DNA of 64,000 nucleotides from Phoronis australis (Eukaryota > Animalia > Phoronida): contig NMRA01000292.1 of the NCBI GenBank assembly GCA_002633005.1, forward strand, positions 1 through 64,000, read 5' to 3'. Positions 12,701 through 25,712 of the stretch are shown piece by piece (position 1 is the stretch's first letter; every line of letters begins with the position of its first letter). The notes below the pieces were generated by a model. That model was not told where the DNA came from. It was given only the letters and a program-made list of their open reading frames with translations, and ran no database searches. Position numbers and translations under genes: made by a program.

Positions 12701-15700
12701 AAAAGCAAAAATAATGATATCAATAACATGGACAAATTTCATTGATCTAAATTTCTCAAAAATGCTGTTAAGGTTTTCTAAACAACATGTCATTTTCATT
12801 ACGTGCAACTTTAGTTAGTTTCAGAAAAATCATAAAATCCTCTTTTTGATAGCCTCTTGTGAAACAATGGAACATTTAAAATCAACTCCTAACAGTGTTT
12901 CAGAGAACAATGCATAAAGCATAGCGTGTGACAAAGATTAATGGGAATCTTATCACCCATATCTGAAACACAACATTCCAAAGTTAGCCAAATTTGGACA
13001 TTTTTCTAGGGTCCTACATAACTTTAAAGAATTCCAGTTTGAAGTGAGTGACTCCAGCTTGACCTAATAATTAGCCCTACGTAGGACTTCAGACCTTTCA
13101 CTCCCAAAATTTAACACCTAAAAATTATGACCTAGGAAGTTATAAACCAAAAAGACACGCCCTTTTAGACTGATGCAACAACTGACAAGTGATGGATTCT
13201 ATATTTAACAAAGGCTTCTGAACTGTCTTGCAACACCCTTTGCTGAACAACAACTCAAGCAGATACAGTAAGCTAATTACACGAGTGTTGGTCAAGGTGT
13301 TTCTGTAATCGACTACTAGGCAGTAGTGAACATCAATATCCACTACATTATTGGTATGCATCATATTTGTTTCATGAATCAAGTTATCTGCTGCTCTTAA
13401 TCCTTGTCTGGGAATGACGTTAGCGACTCATCTTTCATATTTCCACACAGAAGTGATAACTGTCATTAAATATGCAGAATACACTTTTTACCCTAATCTA
13501 AAGTTTAGAAAATGATATAAAGTTGAAGAAAGTCCAGCAGTATACCTTTACGGTCATAATTGTAAAAAAACAAAACAAGTCGACATGGGCGCAGTGTGTC
13601 AAGAGAAATTTCTTTTTAATATACTTTTCATAAAAGATGACTAGCACCAAATGAATATATTATCATTTTCAAGTTGTACACCACAGCAACCATAGTGTTT
13701 TGAGAAACCTTTGGTATTCACAACACAAAGTCAGTAAGTTGCAGCCTTTAAAATGAAAAAAGAAGAATTTTGGCATGCCAATTAGTTTTGTCCAAAATTG
13801 GTGATTTTATTGTATAATTATTGAGTTCTACATTTACTTGTTGATTGTTCTAATCAAGCATTTATAACGAAGCTGTGATGAAAAATACACAAAACTTCAT
13901 ATGCACAACATTTTCGTGTACGTCAAAAACACAGATAAGAAAAATTTGTGACCAATAATTTCCAGAAAAAAATACACGATTCTTTTACACTTTCCCTCTT
14001 TTTCATCAGACACTTGACACGGCCCATATCATTGCAATGTCAAGTGCTTTGTCATTTAGTAAGACTCACACATTGTTGGTCTGACAATCCGGTCTCATGC
14101 AGGTCTGTATGGCATGCAGCCAACTCTTCATGTCTTGCATGTCATGGGCCTCTAAGACGTACTCCAGGTTATTGTCCGCCTGTAACAGAATACCATGAAA
14201 GTGCTATAGGCGATCGATATTCAGTGAAATTGAAATAAAACACTAAGGTAGTTGAAATGACTAGTTAATTAATTCGAAGACCACCAAACTAAACGTTAAA
14301 ATATTAAATATGTTAGAGATTAGTCATCAAATTCTGGCAGGTCTACCTTTTCTCAAGATCAAACCACACAGTTCCTAAGACCCAATGTGTTCTTAACATT
14401 TAATGTAACCAAATTTTGTTGACACAGAACAAGCCAGCCACAGACAGCAATATCCCCATGTCAAATGTTCTGTAGGAGGATGTACACAGAGGAGCATTTC
14501 CCTACATAAAGCATGAATGGAGAGATGGGCCAAAATTCAGGGAAATATGGTCAAATCACAAAATGGTGATGGTATGTATTACACCACTTCATAGGCGATC
14601 TTTTGAAGGTCTGGTTGAATTGCCTTTCAAGAAAATTAGGAGCAGTATATTCCACAGGGATGAAATGATGACCACTATTACTAAAGCTCCTTCATCTTTG
14701 GCAGGGATAATAAATGTCATGCTCAGGGAGTCAGGGTTAATTAGACTGTAAATAGAGCATTTGACTTGCTATATTGGCCAGTCTTAACAAGACAGGATAT
14801 GAACATTTACTACAAAGGTGGCTTTGACAATATTGATAACAATAAACATAACTGAAACCCGAGACGAGACGGATGATAAAGCTGACAATGATGAGAATCA
14901 TTCCTAGAAATCTGATTAGTGCGAAAGTGAAGACAATATTTCATCCATCCAAAGGCCAACTCGAAGACGATATTCTTTCGATATAATACACGCATTCAGC
15001 TAACTGCCTAACCCTGAATTTTCGAAAGTTTTTAATGCTCATGTTCAATTATACGATCAGCAATAGTCGGAGGCCACTAATAATATAATTTTTGTACTGG
15101 CAACATTTATGCCAATAGAACAACTAACCAATGAGTTTGTCCCAGTCTCAAGACAGGTTACCAGCAAATGATTATGATTTTAATGTTCAAAGAGTAAGGC
15201 TGGATACTTAACAAAAATATTCACAGCAGACTACCACATGTGTAACACACAGGGTAAAAATGTCACCACATAAACATTCGGTCTATACATTTTATGATCA
15301 ATTTAATAAGTAAGTGCATAAGGTTTTGAATTAACGAACGCAAATTATACTTACTTTCAAGACAAATGTGTTCTCATGATCAGGCATTTCTAAAGCCGTC
15401 GTTTCACGAACTTCATTGATTAAAGAGCAAAACACTCCACATTTTGGCTTAACATTCTGCAAGACAATAAGAGCAATATGTACAGTACAAGCCGAAAGTA
15501 TTCAGACAAAATGACCTGTCATGACGACTGGGCGAAAGCGAAATTCATCGTCACAGTAACTTAAGTCTTCTCTCATGACCGAGAACGTAGCGAAATCAAC
15601 AGGAGAGTTATAGCAGTGGCTAAGCCATTACGTAATTAGAATTTTAGACCCAAGTAGTTATAATCAGAAATTTTTGATGTTAACAGAATTAGCTGTCATG

Positions 15701-18700
15701 ACAAGAATATGGTATTTTGTTCGATTACTTTTGTCTTATACTGTAATTTACTAGCAACAATAGTCACATTTTATTGAAGATTGCACTTGAAAGGTAACCA
15801 AAAACCCAGAGTGGAAGTTGAAAGTGTGTACTTGTTGAAGTGTAACATATGAGCGATGAAGTTGAGTCTAATGGTCTCAGAAAGTATGTCACTTTTGGAT
15901 ACACTGAAGGTAACATGAATACATAACTCAAGACCAATAAATCGATTGTGGGTAAGATCCCACTGGATTTTGTGCGATGTCTCAACATATACTGTCTGGC
16001 ACAATGTGTGCACATCTGTAAGTGCTCATATGTAAAAACCCCAGAACACAACTGAGAGACCTTACTTGAGATTGAACTGTAATTGACTAAGAAAGGAAGT
16101 GAACAAGACAGCTGCAGCCATTGAATTGCTTGTGACTAAATAAATGCTATCCTCCAGAAATGGTTAAAAATAACAGCAGGTTGCCACAGTGACCTTGTTC
16201 GGTGACCTGGTAAAAATCCCACGTTGCCATGAAGTTGCCACGCCCCCATCCAAACACGCACCCAAAATACTACAAGAATTAAACAGACAGAAGTCAGAAT
16301 TGTTCAGAAAAAAACATGCACCCAAAATACTACAGGAATTAAACAGACAGAAGTCAGAATTGTTCAGAAAAAAAAACAGAATGACCCTGACGTGTTGGTC
16401 AGCCTCAGTGTGCCGGATAATGGCTCGAAAGGGAGAAACTGGTCATTACCGAGCACGCAGACAACTCCTAATGCTCTACTCAAGCGAAAAAACAATGAAA
16501 AATGTCGTCAGCGCGATCTCTAGTAAGCTATAGATTTGCTGAGTTCGCCAGTTTTCCACTTCAAGTAACTCATTTTGGCTCTTGCCAACATGATTTGGAG
16601 GCCTCAGTTCCCATTTGGTGACCTTGGAATTTTGCTAGGGCTAGTTGTTATGCTAAGCAGCGAACCTTACACAATGAGATTTGTCTAGTTAGAACTGTAC
16701 ACAGTATACATCTATCACCTAAGACATACTTGTGTGGCTCAAACAATACACTACTTCCAAAGTTCATAGCATTGCCAATGACTGGTCACTTAGCCACTAA
16801 GTGGCTTATTAAAAAATAAAAAAACAAGAAATTCTAAGTAATAAGAGAAGAAACCCAGGAGTGTCGTGCCGGCTTTGGCTGCAGCAAACCTGTTGAGAAA
16901 GACTACGCCTTTTAAGAACAGAAACTTTATCTGATACCTTATGAAACTAAAAAAGCCAATCGCTATATTTACAACGGAAAAAGGAAATACTGTAGTTCAT
17001 ATACTTTCATAAAACAAATCAGATAAGAACTGGAGAGAAATCTTTACTGCATGGAAAGAACAACATATCTTTTGAACTATTATTCAGTGAAACGCACAGG
17101 CCAGAGCATACACAGAGACTAGATGCAACCAATCTGATTGAACAACTATAAAATATACATGTCACAGCAAAGCTATCAGTGTTTGTACGGCCTTGATATT
17201 AGTATTTCACGACAAAGGGTTAAGGCAAATCTCGGATGTAAATCAACGAGTTCAACAAAACTCAGATAAGTTTGATGGACACAAGTCGGATCTGCCATTT
17301 TAATTCATCCACGTTTGGATTTTGAACCATCTTTAGTCCAGAACGATACTTACGGTAGATACAATGTTCTCAACTGCAAAATTGCAAAATAAGATTTCAT
17401 TTTACTCAATCTGTATTTTCCAAATGAAACCAGGAAACAAGTCGAATTTATGGATTTCATTAATTTAGAACTCCATAATTTTGTAAACAACCAAAGTAGT
17501 CATTGCGCTGGTGATTTTAACTGCGCTCCCACAGACTTATATAAGAAAGAAAAAATAGTGTACCGGTATTCCACGAAAAGTCCTGTAATATACAACATCA
17601 ACTTTTTAAATTCTAATTTCAAGTTGTACGGCGTATGGCGTGAAAATAACCCAGGTGTGAGGAAGTACAGTTGGAGGGATAAGAATATGTCATGCCAAAG
17701 TACAATTGACATGTGGCTAATTTCCAGAGAAGTAGCAGTCAAAGACGTTGCCATTATTAACGACTTTGTGTTTTCAGACCACTCTTGCCATTACTTTACA
17801 TTTTGAAACATCCGAAAATGCGAAGAGAGGTCCTGATCTTTGGAAATTTCATACTAGTTATTTAAACGATACCAATTATATAAACAAAATATTAAGTAAA
17901 TGTGTCGAATTTTATAGTACTTAATACCGACATATTGAAGACAAAAAGTTAGTGTGGGAATTAATTAAAATGGAAATAAGGAAAACTTCAATCTCTTGCA
18001 AAAAAGGTTGCAAAGAAGACCCGCTCTGACGAAATTGTTTTAATAGAAAAAATTAACGCTTTGACAGCCAAGGTGGAAAACGACCCTTCAGAGNACCTGT
18101 TGAGAAAGACTACGCCTTTTAAGAACAGAAACTTTATCTGATACCTTATGAAACTAAAAAAGCCAATCGCTATATTTACAACGGAAAAAGGAAATACTGT
18201 AGTTCATATACTTTCATAAAACAAATCAGATAAGAACTGGAGAGAAATCTTTACTGCATGGAAAGAACAACATATCTTTTGAACTATTATTCAGTGAAAC
18301 GACGCACAGGCCAGAGCATACACAGAGACTAGATGCAACCAATCTGATTGAACAACTATAAAATATACATGTCACAGCAAAGCTATCAGTGTTTGTATGG
18401 CTTTGATATTAGTATTTCATGACAAAGGGTTAAGGCAAACCTCGGATGTAAATCAACGAGTTCAACAAAACTCAGATAAGTCGGACACAAGTTGGATCTG
18501 CCATTTTAATTCATCCACCTTTGGATTTTGAACCATCTTTAGTCCAGAACGATACTTACGGTAGATACAATGTTCTCAACTGCAAAATTGCAAAATAAGA
18601 TTTCATTTTACTCAATCTGTATTTTCCAAATGAAACCAGGAAACAAGTCGAATTTATGGATTTCATTAATTTAGAACTCCATAATTTTGTAAACAACCAA

Positions 18701-21700
18701 AGTAGTCTTTGCGCTGGTGATTTTAACTGCACTCCCACAGACTTAGATAAGAAAGAAAAAATAGTGTACCGGTATTCCACGAAAAGTCCTGTAATATAGA
18801 ACATCAACTTTTTAAATTCTAATTTCAAGTTGTACGACGTATGCCGTGAAAATGACCCATGTGTGAGGAAGTACACTTGGAGGGAAAAGAATATGTCATG
18901 CCAAAGTAGAATTGACATGTGGCTAATTTCCAGAGAAGTAGCAGTCAAAGACGTTGCCATTATTAACGACTTTGTGTTTTCAGACCACTCTTGCCATTAC
19001 TTTACATTTTGAAACATCCGAAAATGCGAAGAGAGGTCCTGATCTTTGGAAATTTAACACTAGTTATTTAAACGATACCAAGTATATATATAGTACTCAA
19101 TACCGACATATTGAAGACAAAAATTTAGTGTGGGAATTAATTAAAATGGAAATAAGGAAAACTTCTGAAATCAATCTCTTGCAAAAAAGGTTGCAAAGAA
19201 GGCCCGCTCTGACAAAATTGTTTTAATAGAAAAAATTAACACTTTGACAGCCAAGGTGGAAAACGACCCTTCAGAGAAATTAAAAAAAGATTTACAAAAA
19301 GCCAAAATTGATTTGCAAATTATCCAGACCCAAGAAATTAAGGGCTCGATTCTGCGTAGTAAAGCACAATGGGCAGAACAAGGTGAGAATGGAAAGTATT
19401 TCAAAAACCTAGAGTTGCGCCACAGCAAGCAAAAACATATTAACGCCCTTGAAGATGGTGCTTAAATTATACATGATGCAGCAAGCATACGGAATATGCA
19501 AGTGAACTATTACAAAAAACTTTACTCCGATATTGAAGAATGCAACGGAGAAAGAACATATCCAATCGACCTTTTTAATTTTCCAATACATAAAAAGCTA
19601 TCTCCTGCAGATTCTTACGATTTAGAAAAAATCAAACAAAAGAAGCATTGTATGAATCTCTGTTAGAGACAAAACCTAATGAGACGCCTGGTAATGATGG
19701 CATCAGCTATGAATTTTATAAAACCTTTTGGAAGGTAATTAAAGACGATTTTTTGGCGAGCGTCACATGCAGCTTTGGAAATGGTCACATGTCCAATACT
19801 CAAAAGCAAGGCGTAATCACGTTAATCCCAAAAAGTAAACAGTCTGAGGAATTACTATCTTTAGACAATTGGAGACCTATCTCTTTTTTGAACTGTGACT
19901 ATAAATTAATAACTAAAACAATCGCAAACAAAATATACAAATATATTGACAATTTAATTCATCCATATCAAACATCCTTGCCAAAACGTTATATAGGCCA
20001 GAAAGAAATTGTAATTGACGATATGATTGCATTTTATAACGAAAAGCAAACCCTCGGTCACATTGTATTCCTCGATTTCAAGAAAGCGTACGATACTGTA
20101 AAGTGGGAGTTTTTATTTCAGTCCTTAAAAGCTTTTAATTTTGGTGACGTCTTTATCAATAGAATCCGTACATTGTATTCTGGAATTGCGTCATGTGTGT
20201 TGAACAATGGATTTATATCACAGTATTTTAACATAGAGAAAGGCCTCCAACAAGGAGACCCACTATCAAGTCCGCTGTTTGCTCTGTGTGTGGAAATTAT
20301 GTCACATCATATCAAAAGCAATGAATTAATTAGAGGCTTCACAATATCCAACCAAGAAATCAAAATTGCACAGTATGCAGACGATACAGTTCTTTTCATT
20401 AAAGACGTAGAATCTGGCAATAACTGTTTTAGATTTTTAGATTATTTTGGAACATTATCTGGACTCCACTTGAATTATGAAAAATGCCAAGGGATGTTTG
20501 CCTCAACAATGCGCTAAAATTGTAAACCACTTTACGGAATCAGCTGGCCCCAAAAGCCCATTAAAAGTCTAGGAATATTCTTTGGCAGAAAAGGGGATGA
20601 CGCTGAAAAACTCAATTCTGATGATAAAATCCAAAAGCTTAAGACCTGTGTAATATTTGGAAAATATGAAATTTGTCCATAAAAGGCAGAATCTTCCTCA
20701 CGAAAACTTTCAGTTTATCGAAACTCATTCATGTGGTGTCAACTCTGGGTATCACCAAAAAAAGAATTTGTGAAGTTAATAAACTTATCAGAGAATTTAT
20801 TTGGTTAAGTAAACCACCAAAAATTAAAGAAACCGTGACTATTTCGCCATATCAAGAGGGTGGTTTGAAATACCCTAACATGGAACTGATCAAGTTAATA
20901 TTTAATTGGGTCAAGCATTTTAATACAGAGGATGAGACAAGTTGGAAGATATACCCGAGGCATCTTTTCAGTTGTATTTTTGCATCTAATTTTCAACTGA
21001 AAACCGTAAAATGTGAAATTAAGAACCTTTTTACCTTGGATATTCTTAATCCTGAATTTTTTAATGAAGTACCAATAGCCAAACAAGTGATATGGAACAA
21101 TTGTAACTTAACTGCTAACTGAAAATCATTATTTTACCAAGATCTGTACAATGTAGGCCTCATACTTTGTGAAGATTTTTTAGATAGCCAGAACAAACTT
21201 CTTAAATGGGAAAGCATTAAGAAAAATTATACGTCTATCATACCATTTTCTTCCACTACAACGACCTTGAAGAAAGTTCTGAGTGTGTCAGATAGAAGGA
21301 TTGTTAGTTGTAATAACATTAGATTTTTATTCTTCAATAATTCCAATTCATGGATCAAAAACACATTTATTCACAAATTTTCTGTAAAACCAGATAATTA
21401 TGCGTTTTTAGTCAACTATTACACAGACGCCGAAATTAAAAAAATATATGATCTCCCTTTCAATCTACCCATAAACCCTCATTTGACAATATTTAAATAC
21501 TTTTTCATTCACAAAAGAATTTATACAAACAAAATGTTAAAAATATTTGGTATTTCACAAACAGACCAATGTCCCTACTGTGGTCACAGTGTGGTGAAGT
21601 CCAGACTTTTCAGCATATGTTTTACAGCTGCTTCTGTGTTAAACGTTTCTGGAATTCTTTACATCATTTCATAAGTAAAGTTTTTAATTTACACACTGAG

Positions 21701-23017
21701 CCATCTATGAACCTTTTCTTAGTTTGCTTCTTCGGCAATCTAAGTGAAATCTTCAATACCATATACACTCATGCCCAACATTATATTTATACATCATCGA
21801 GAGATGGGTCTCAACCTTGTTTTAATAAGTTTAGATTTATACATTTTGACGCAGTGAACCTCATTGTATTTAATGCCTGGGATAAAACTTCAGAACAGTG
21901 GAGGGTTTTGCAGGCATCTCTTTAAAATGATTCAAACAATATATGGTGTTATATTTTAACCACTTCTGTTGTATTATAAGAAAATTGACCTTTTCATAAA
22001 TATGCACCTACGTAAATGTAAACATAAGTTAATTAAACTGTGTGAATGTGAGTGTGAATGAGTGTATGAAAGTCTTTCCCCTCCCCCCCTTTTATATTAT
22101 TCTCGGCTAATTATTCGCCCAACTATTAGGAGTATTTTCCAAATACTTATTTGTTCAATTAATATGATGTACAGTGTACTATACTCTAGTAAGTTGTAAA
22201 GATATGTAGTTGGGGCTACCCAACCCCAGCCGTATCTACTATTCATTAATGATATGCTTTCAGGGTAAATATACGTAGTAACTCTTACCTTAGGAGGAGA
22301 GTAAAACTCTAGCATAAATCCATTGTCTGTTTTCATAAGTACCAGGCGGCATTTTTCCCACTTCGACTTGCTGAAAGCATCATCGTCTCTGAACCAGTTC
22401 ACTGAACCCTCTTTCTGACAATAAGTGCCTTTTCCATGGACTGTTCTATGCTTATCTTGCTTTTCCAAATTCCACTTCTTTTTTACAACATCTGCACCTC
22501 CACTTGACGAGCCATTGAGGCCTGGATCAGCAGACCGCTGTCGCTGTATTTTACGCGACTTCGCGTGGGATAGTTTACGAAAAGATAGCCGTCGAAAGAA
22601 AGATTTTGATCGATGTGTTTTGCTATCATGTACATCGGAATAATCTATATCTTCGTGATAAACGCCCGATGGACCATTCAGAGAGTTTAAATCAGATGAA
22701 GCAGCCACATCGGATTGGCCTGCAGCACCCAATGAATCTGCAGAACATGTTGGCAGTTTGTCAGAAATGACATCATCTTCGCTGCAACTACTTACAAAAG
22801 ATTGCCGGTGAGTATGAGTTTCGAAATGTTCGAGAAAATGGTCAGTGAATCGTTTGGCAAACAATTTAGCTGAATCTGGCTGATCGAATTGACTATTATG
22901 AATGGTGAAATGCCTGAATTCTCGAGCAAAGTCTCGGGCTGCCTTGGCTGCATGCTTTTCACAAAACTCAGTCCAGCTTGCTTGGTCTTCCGTTTGTTCA
23001 ACCACACTTGAAGCCAT
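6740..23017 (-). CDS. SH2B1: SH2B/Lnk-family adaptor protein (Phe-zipper, PH, SH2), 7 coding exons, 596 aa
   Basis: Exons (minus): 23017-22289, 15456-15355, 14179-14070, 12009-11936, 10075-9935, 9400-9189, 7162-6740. All GT-AG with consistent phases, 1791 nt in total. Motifs: [20 protein letters not shown] (Phe zipper), KWEKCRLVL...LEFYSPPK...[19 protein letters not shown] (PH), [10 protein letters not shown]...[19 protein letters not shown]...[25 protein letters not shown] (SH2), C-terminal [10 protein letters not shown]. The symbol denotes the family; an invertebrate gene would be co-orthologous to SH2B1/2/3. Confidence 0.93.
9540..9790 (+). mobile_element. tRNA-derived SINE, diverged
   Basis: A-box-like GAGGCTCAGTGG, B-box-like CGTTCAATCCC, then GTTGTGCCCTGG. 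The GCAATGGGC tail motif is shared with the copy at 25505. Confidence 0.55.
12050..12340. mobile_element. Possible hAT-like MITE remnant
   Basis: Imperfect inverted ends CAGGGGCCCTCG ... CGAGGACTCTG; target duplication not convincing. Confidence 0.35.
12510..13027. mobile_element. Non-autonomous TTAA-flanked element (Kolobok-like MITE)
   Basis: Left TTAAGGTTATGCAGGACCTTA versus reverse complement of the right end TTAAAGTTATGTAGGACCCTA. Confidence 0.65.
16253..16375 (+). repeat. 60-bp tandem duplication
   Basis: AAACA(C/T)GCACCCAAAATACTACA(A/G)GAATTAAACAGACAGAAGTCAGAATTGTTCAGAAAA, two copies. Confidence 0.9.
16830..22090 (+). mobile_element. Decayed L1/Tx1-clade non-LTR retrotransposon (APE endonuclease, RT, C-terminal Zn knuckle), antisense within an SH2B intron
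   Basis: APE motifs [24 protein letters not shown] 19648-20517 with [50 protein letters not shown]...QHMFYSC near 21570-21630. Multiple frameshifts and stops. The 5' part occurs twice across the N at 18094. Ends are approximate. Confidence 0.92.
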
Positions 23018-23103
23018 TACCTGGGAATACAACACTGAAATATATAGCATTCGAATTCCATAGAAATGAGGTAAGTTAAAAATTATCCAGTTCAGGACAG
23101 TGC

Positions 23104-24561
23104 TTAAAAGGTTCCTGAAGTACAATAACATACATTTTTAATCTAACTTAATTTATGAATAAAGTCTATATCAAAAATCACATCTTTGTAATTCTTTCAC
23201 ATTTTTGTAAAAAGGCGTTTTTCCAAAGTCAATTCCTATTGGCCAACGCACGTCTGACGTCACTGAGGCTGTACCGTGGGTGAAGGCAATGAGATAAATT
23301 AAGCTTATTATGCTTATAGCTCATTGGGTTAAATGCCTCTCTGCTACAGAACTGTGCTTAATGTCTATAATTCGTCTGCGATCTCGGCTCTCAAAAGCTC
23401 GTAATACAAGTTTACTGCCGTGTAGCGTAGACTATTAGTGGAACGATGCCTTTCTTGGCACCCCAGCTGCCGGCCAGGAAAGCAAAGGGCCCCGACTGCG
23501 TAGCCTTGCCTTGGTGCAAGCTGTATACTAAATATACAGCGGCTGTTGCACCGACCTGGGTAAAAACTGATCAAATAAAATCTGACACAAAATTAGTGTC
23601 ATTAAAAATTACACTCTGCCTCGAGTAAACTAACTTATTCACTGTCGTTCTGCCGTTCTCTCTGCTGCTAAAATTTGGTTGCGCTCTTTAAGGTCGGCTT
23701 TCGGCGCCGTCACCTGTTGCCTTACTGGCCAGTTGCGTTCCCCGAGTTGTTCTTTCAAGTATAACAAGCGATCAAACTGTTCTTTGAAGTTGTGCACGTG
23801 TCGCAACAAATTATTAGAGTTGATTTTATTTCCTTCCAAGTTTTTAGTATTCTAATACCAGGAAACCGAATTTCATAAAAAATTTTACTCCTGCGAAGCT
23901 GTCATCATCTCCCGACAGATGTCGCAAAATTTTAGGAAATAACGCATGTTGAGCATACTGTGTTCTTTGTCACAAAAGGCTGAGAATTATGACATAAAAT
24001 AACATTTACTAGATTGTTTTTCACTTAAATGGCCCCTACGGGCAAGGTGAGAGTCGGTTGACACTCTGATATTTGCACGCTACCCTGCCGGTTTACTGCC
24101 CTACATGTTGATATAAGTTCGCGATGAGGTGACGAGCAGAACTACCCGGGCTATGTGAAATTTCGGAGTCTAACAGAGCTAAACACATAGTGCTACTGGT
24201 ACCTAGCTGTATTTTGAAGATAGTCTTCATACAGCACGCTGGCTGGCTAGGCCCCGGGATGAATCAACGTCACAGGAAAGAAAAAATAAAAAATTTGTGA
24301 GTATGCACATGCTGATCTGTCGACTGGACCATGTACTCCCACGGCTAATGACCTATATCTCTTTGTGCTGCACAGCCTCAGTGACGTCATGAAAAACAGT
24401 GCTTGCAGTGGGGCTTTACGGAACTAATAAATTTTTACTTTTCAAAGTAAACAAAGAAAAATACTGTGCAATACTTAGGGATATGTGGATGCCAGTAACC
24501 AACCTTTATACTTTCAAATTCATGTTAAAATGCAAAAACATGTAGTTCAGGCCTCTTTTAA
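23104..24561. mobile_element. Old TTAA-flanked DNA transposon derivative (Kolobok-like) just upstream of the SH2B start exon
   Basis: Ends TTAAAAGGTTCCTGAAGTACA and (reverse complement) TTAAAAGAGGCCTGAACTACA. Perfect 18-bp internal inverted repeat TGACGTCACTGAGGCTGT at 23255-23272 and 24372-24389. Confidence 0.6.
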
Positions 24562-25504
24562 ACTTGGAGCTAGTACCAACTTTTTATAAATAAGCAATAT
24601 TGGCCATCCTAAGTCCAAGTAATGCTACAAAGCCACAAAAATTACCCATTCCGTATTCTGTTAGGTCAGTGGCTATTTTCAATGATTTGATTTTCAAATT
24701 TGCTAACAAAAACTAAAGTGCCAAATACAAGAAAATACGACAAATGCAAAAATTACCTATGATGCAATTTTCAGAATCTTGAAATTTGAATTTGGGCTTG
24801 AATTTCAGTGTCCCAAATCTCAGAGACTGTACCAAACTGGAGAATAATTACCGTAGTATAGTTTGGAAGTGAAAGTTTACAAATTCACGTTAGTGTTGAG
24901 AACACAACAGTAATTATCCACTTAATTCGCCTGCTCGTCTTATTTGGTGCATGAAAATTGTTTGGAAAAGTAATAGTTTGTCCCTTACTCATTTTGCACA
25001 AGTTGGAATTTCTTTCCTCACCCAATTCGCACACAGTCATTTTTGCACTTCAGAAAATGTCAACACAAAGCCCCGTTATTAATCCTAGTAATAAACGTCT
25101 CTAAAACTAGTTTAATGAGGTCTGCATATTGTATATTCACCACTTAATTCATCCATTTATACCCAGATATATCATGCTGCAGTAAACATGAGGAGAATGG
25201 GGGGCCTACCTGAGTGTCGTTTAGCTTTGAATCGCATAAATTACTCAAGACTGTTTCACCAATGAGGAAAGGAACTGTTACATTAAAGCAGGATAAAGCA
25301 GTAACTTACACAATAGCAACCGGTAGGCTGCATTTCATTAAATTTGCACATAGGCACTTGGTGATGCTTACCCACACACCTGACAACCATAACGAAGTCT
25401 GTATAATCAGTTTCTTTGTCACACACCGACTATCAGGAAAACATATTATTTAGTTTATTTTCTACGAAATAAGTTTTCAGAAGCCCGTGTTTTATCAAAA
25501 AGAA

Positions 25505-25712
25505 GCAGTGTGGCCTAGTGTGATAAGTATTCGTTTCCGATAAGTATCCACTTCTGCTAACTCGAGGTCATGGGTTCAAGTCACACTGGGGCACACTGCT
25601 GGACCCTTGAGTCAGGTCTCTAGCTCTGCAGCTCAATTAATATATAGTTAATAAAGCATAAAATGGTTCCAGGTTATAAGTGCAATGGGCTCACATGAGG
25701 GGCCTGTGCAAG
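25505..25712 (+). mobile_element. tRNA-derived SINE, diverged
   Basis: A box TGGCCTAGTG, B box GGTTCAAGTC, followed by GGACCCTTGAGTCAGG. No acceptor stem, so not a tRNA. Confidence 0.6.

Noticed and set aside
22097-23131. 344-aa ORF taken as a complete gene
   Set aside because: Only 23017-22289 is exon; both ends of the ORF run into intron sequence past clear splice sites.
25505-25590. Possible tRNA gene
   Set aside because: A and B boxes are present but there is no cloverleaf or acceptor stem, and it runs into a SINE-like body.
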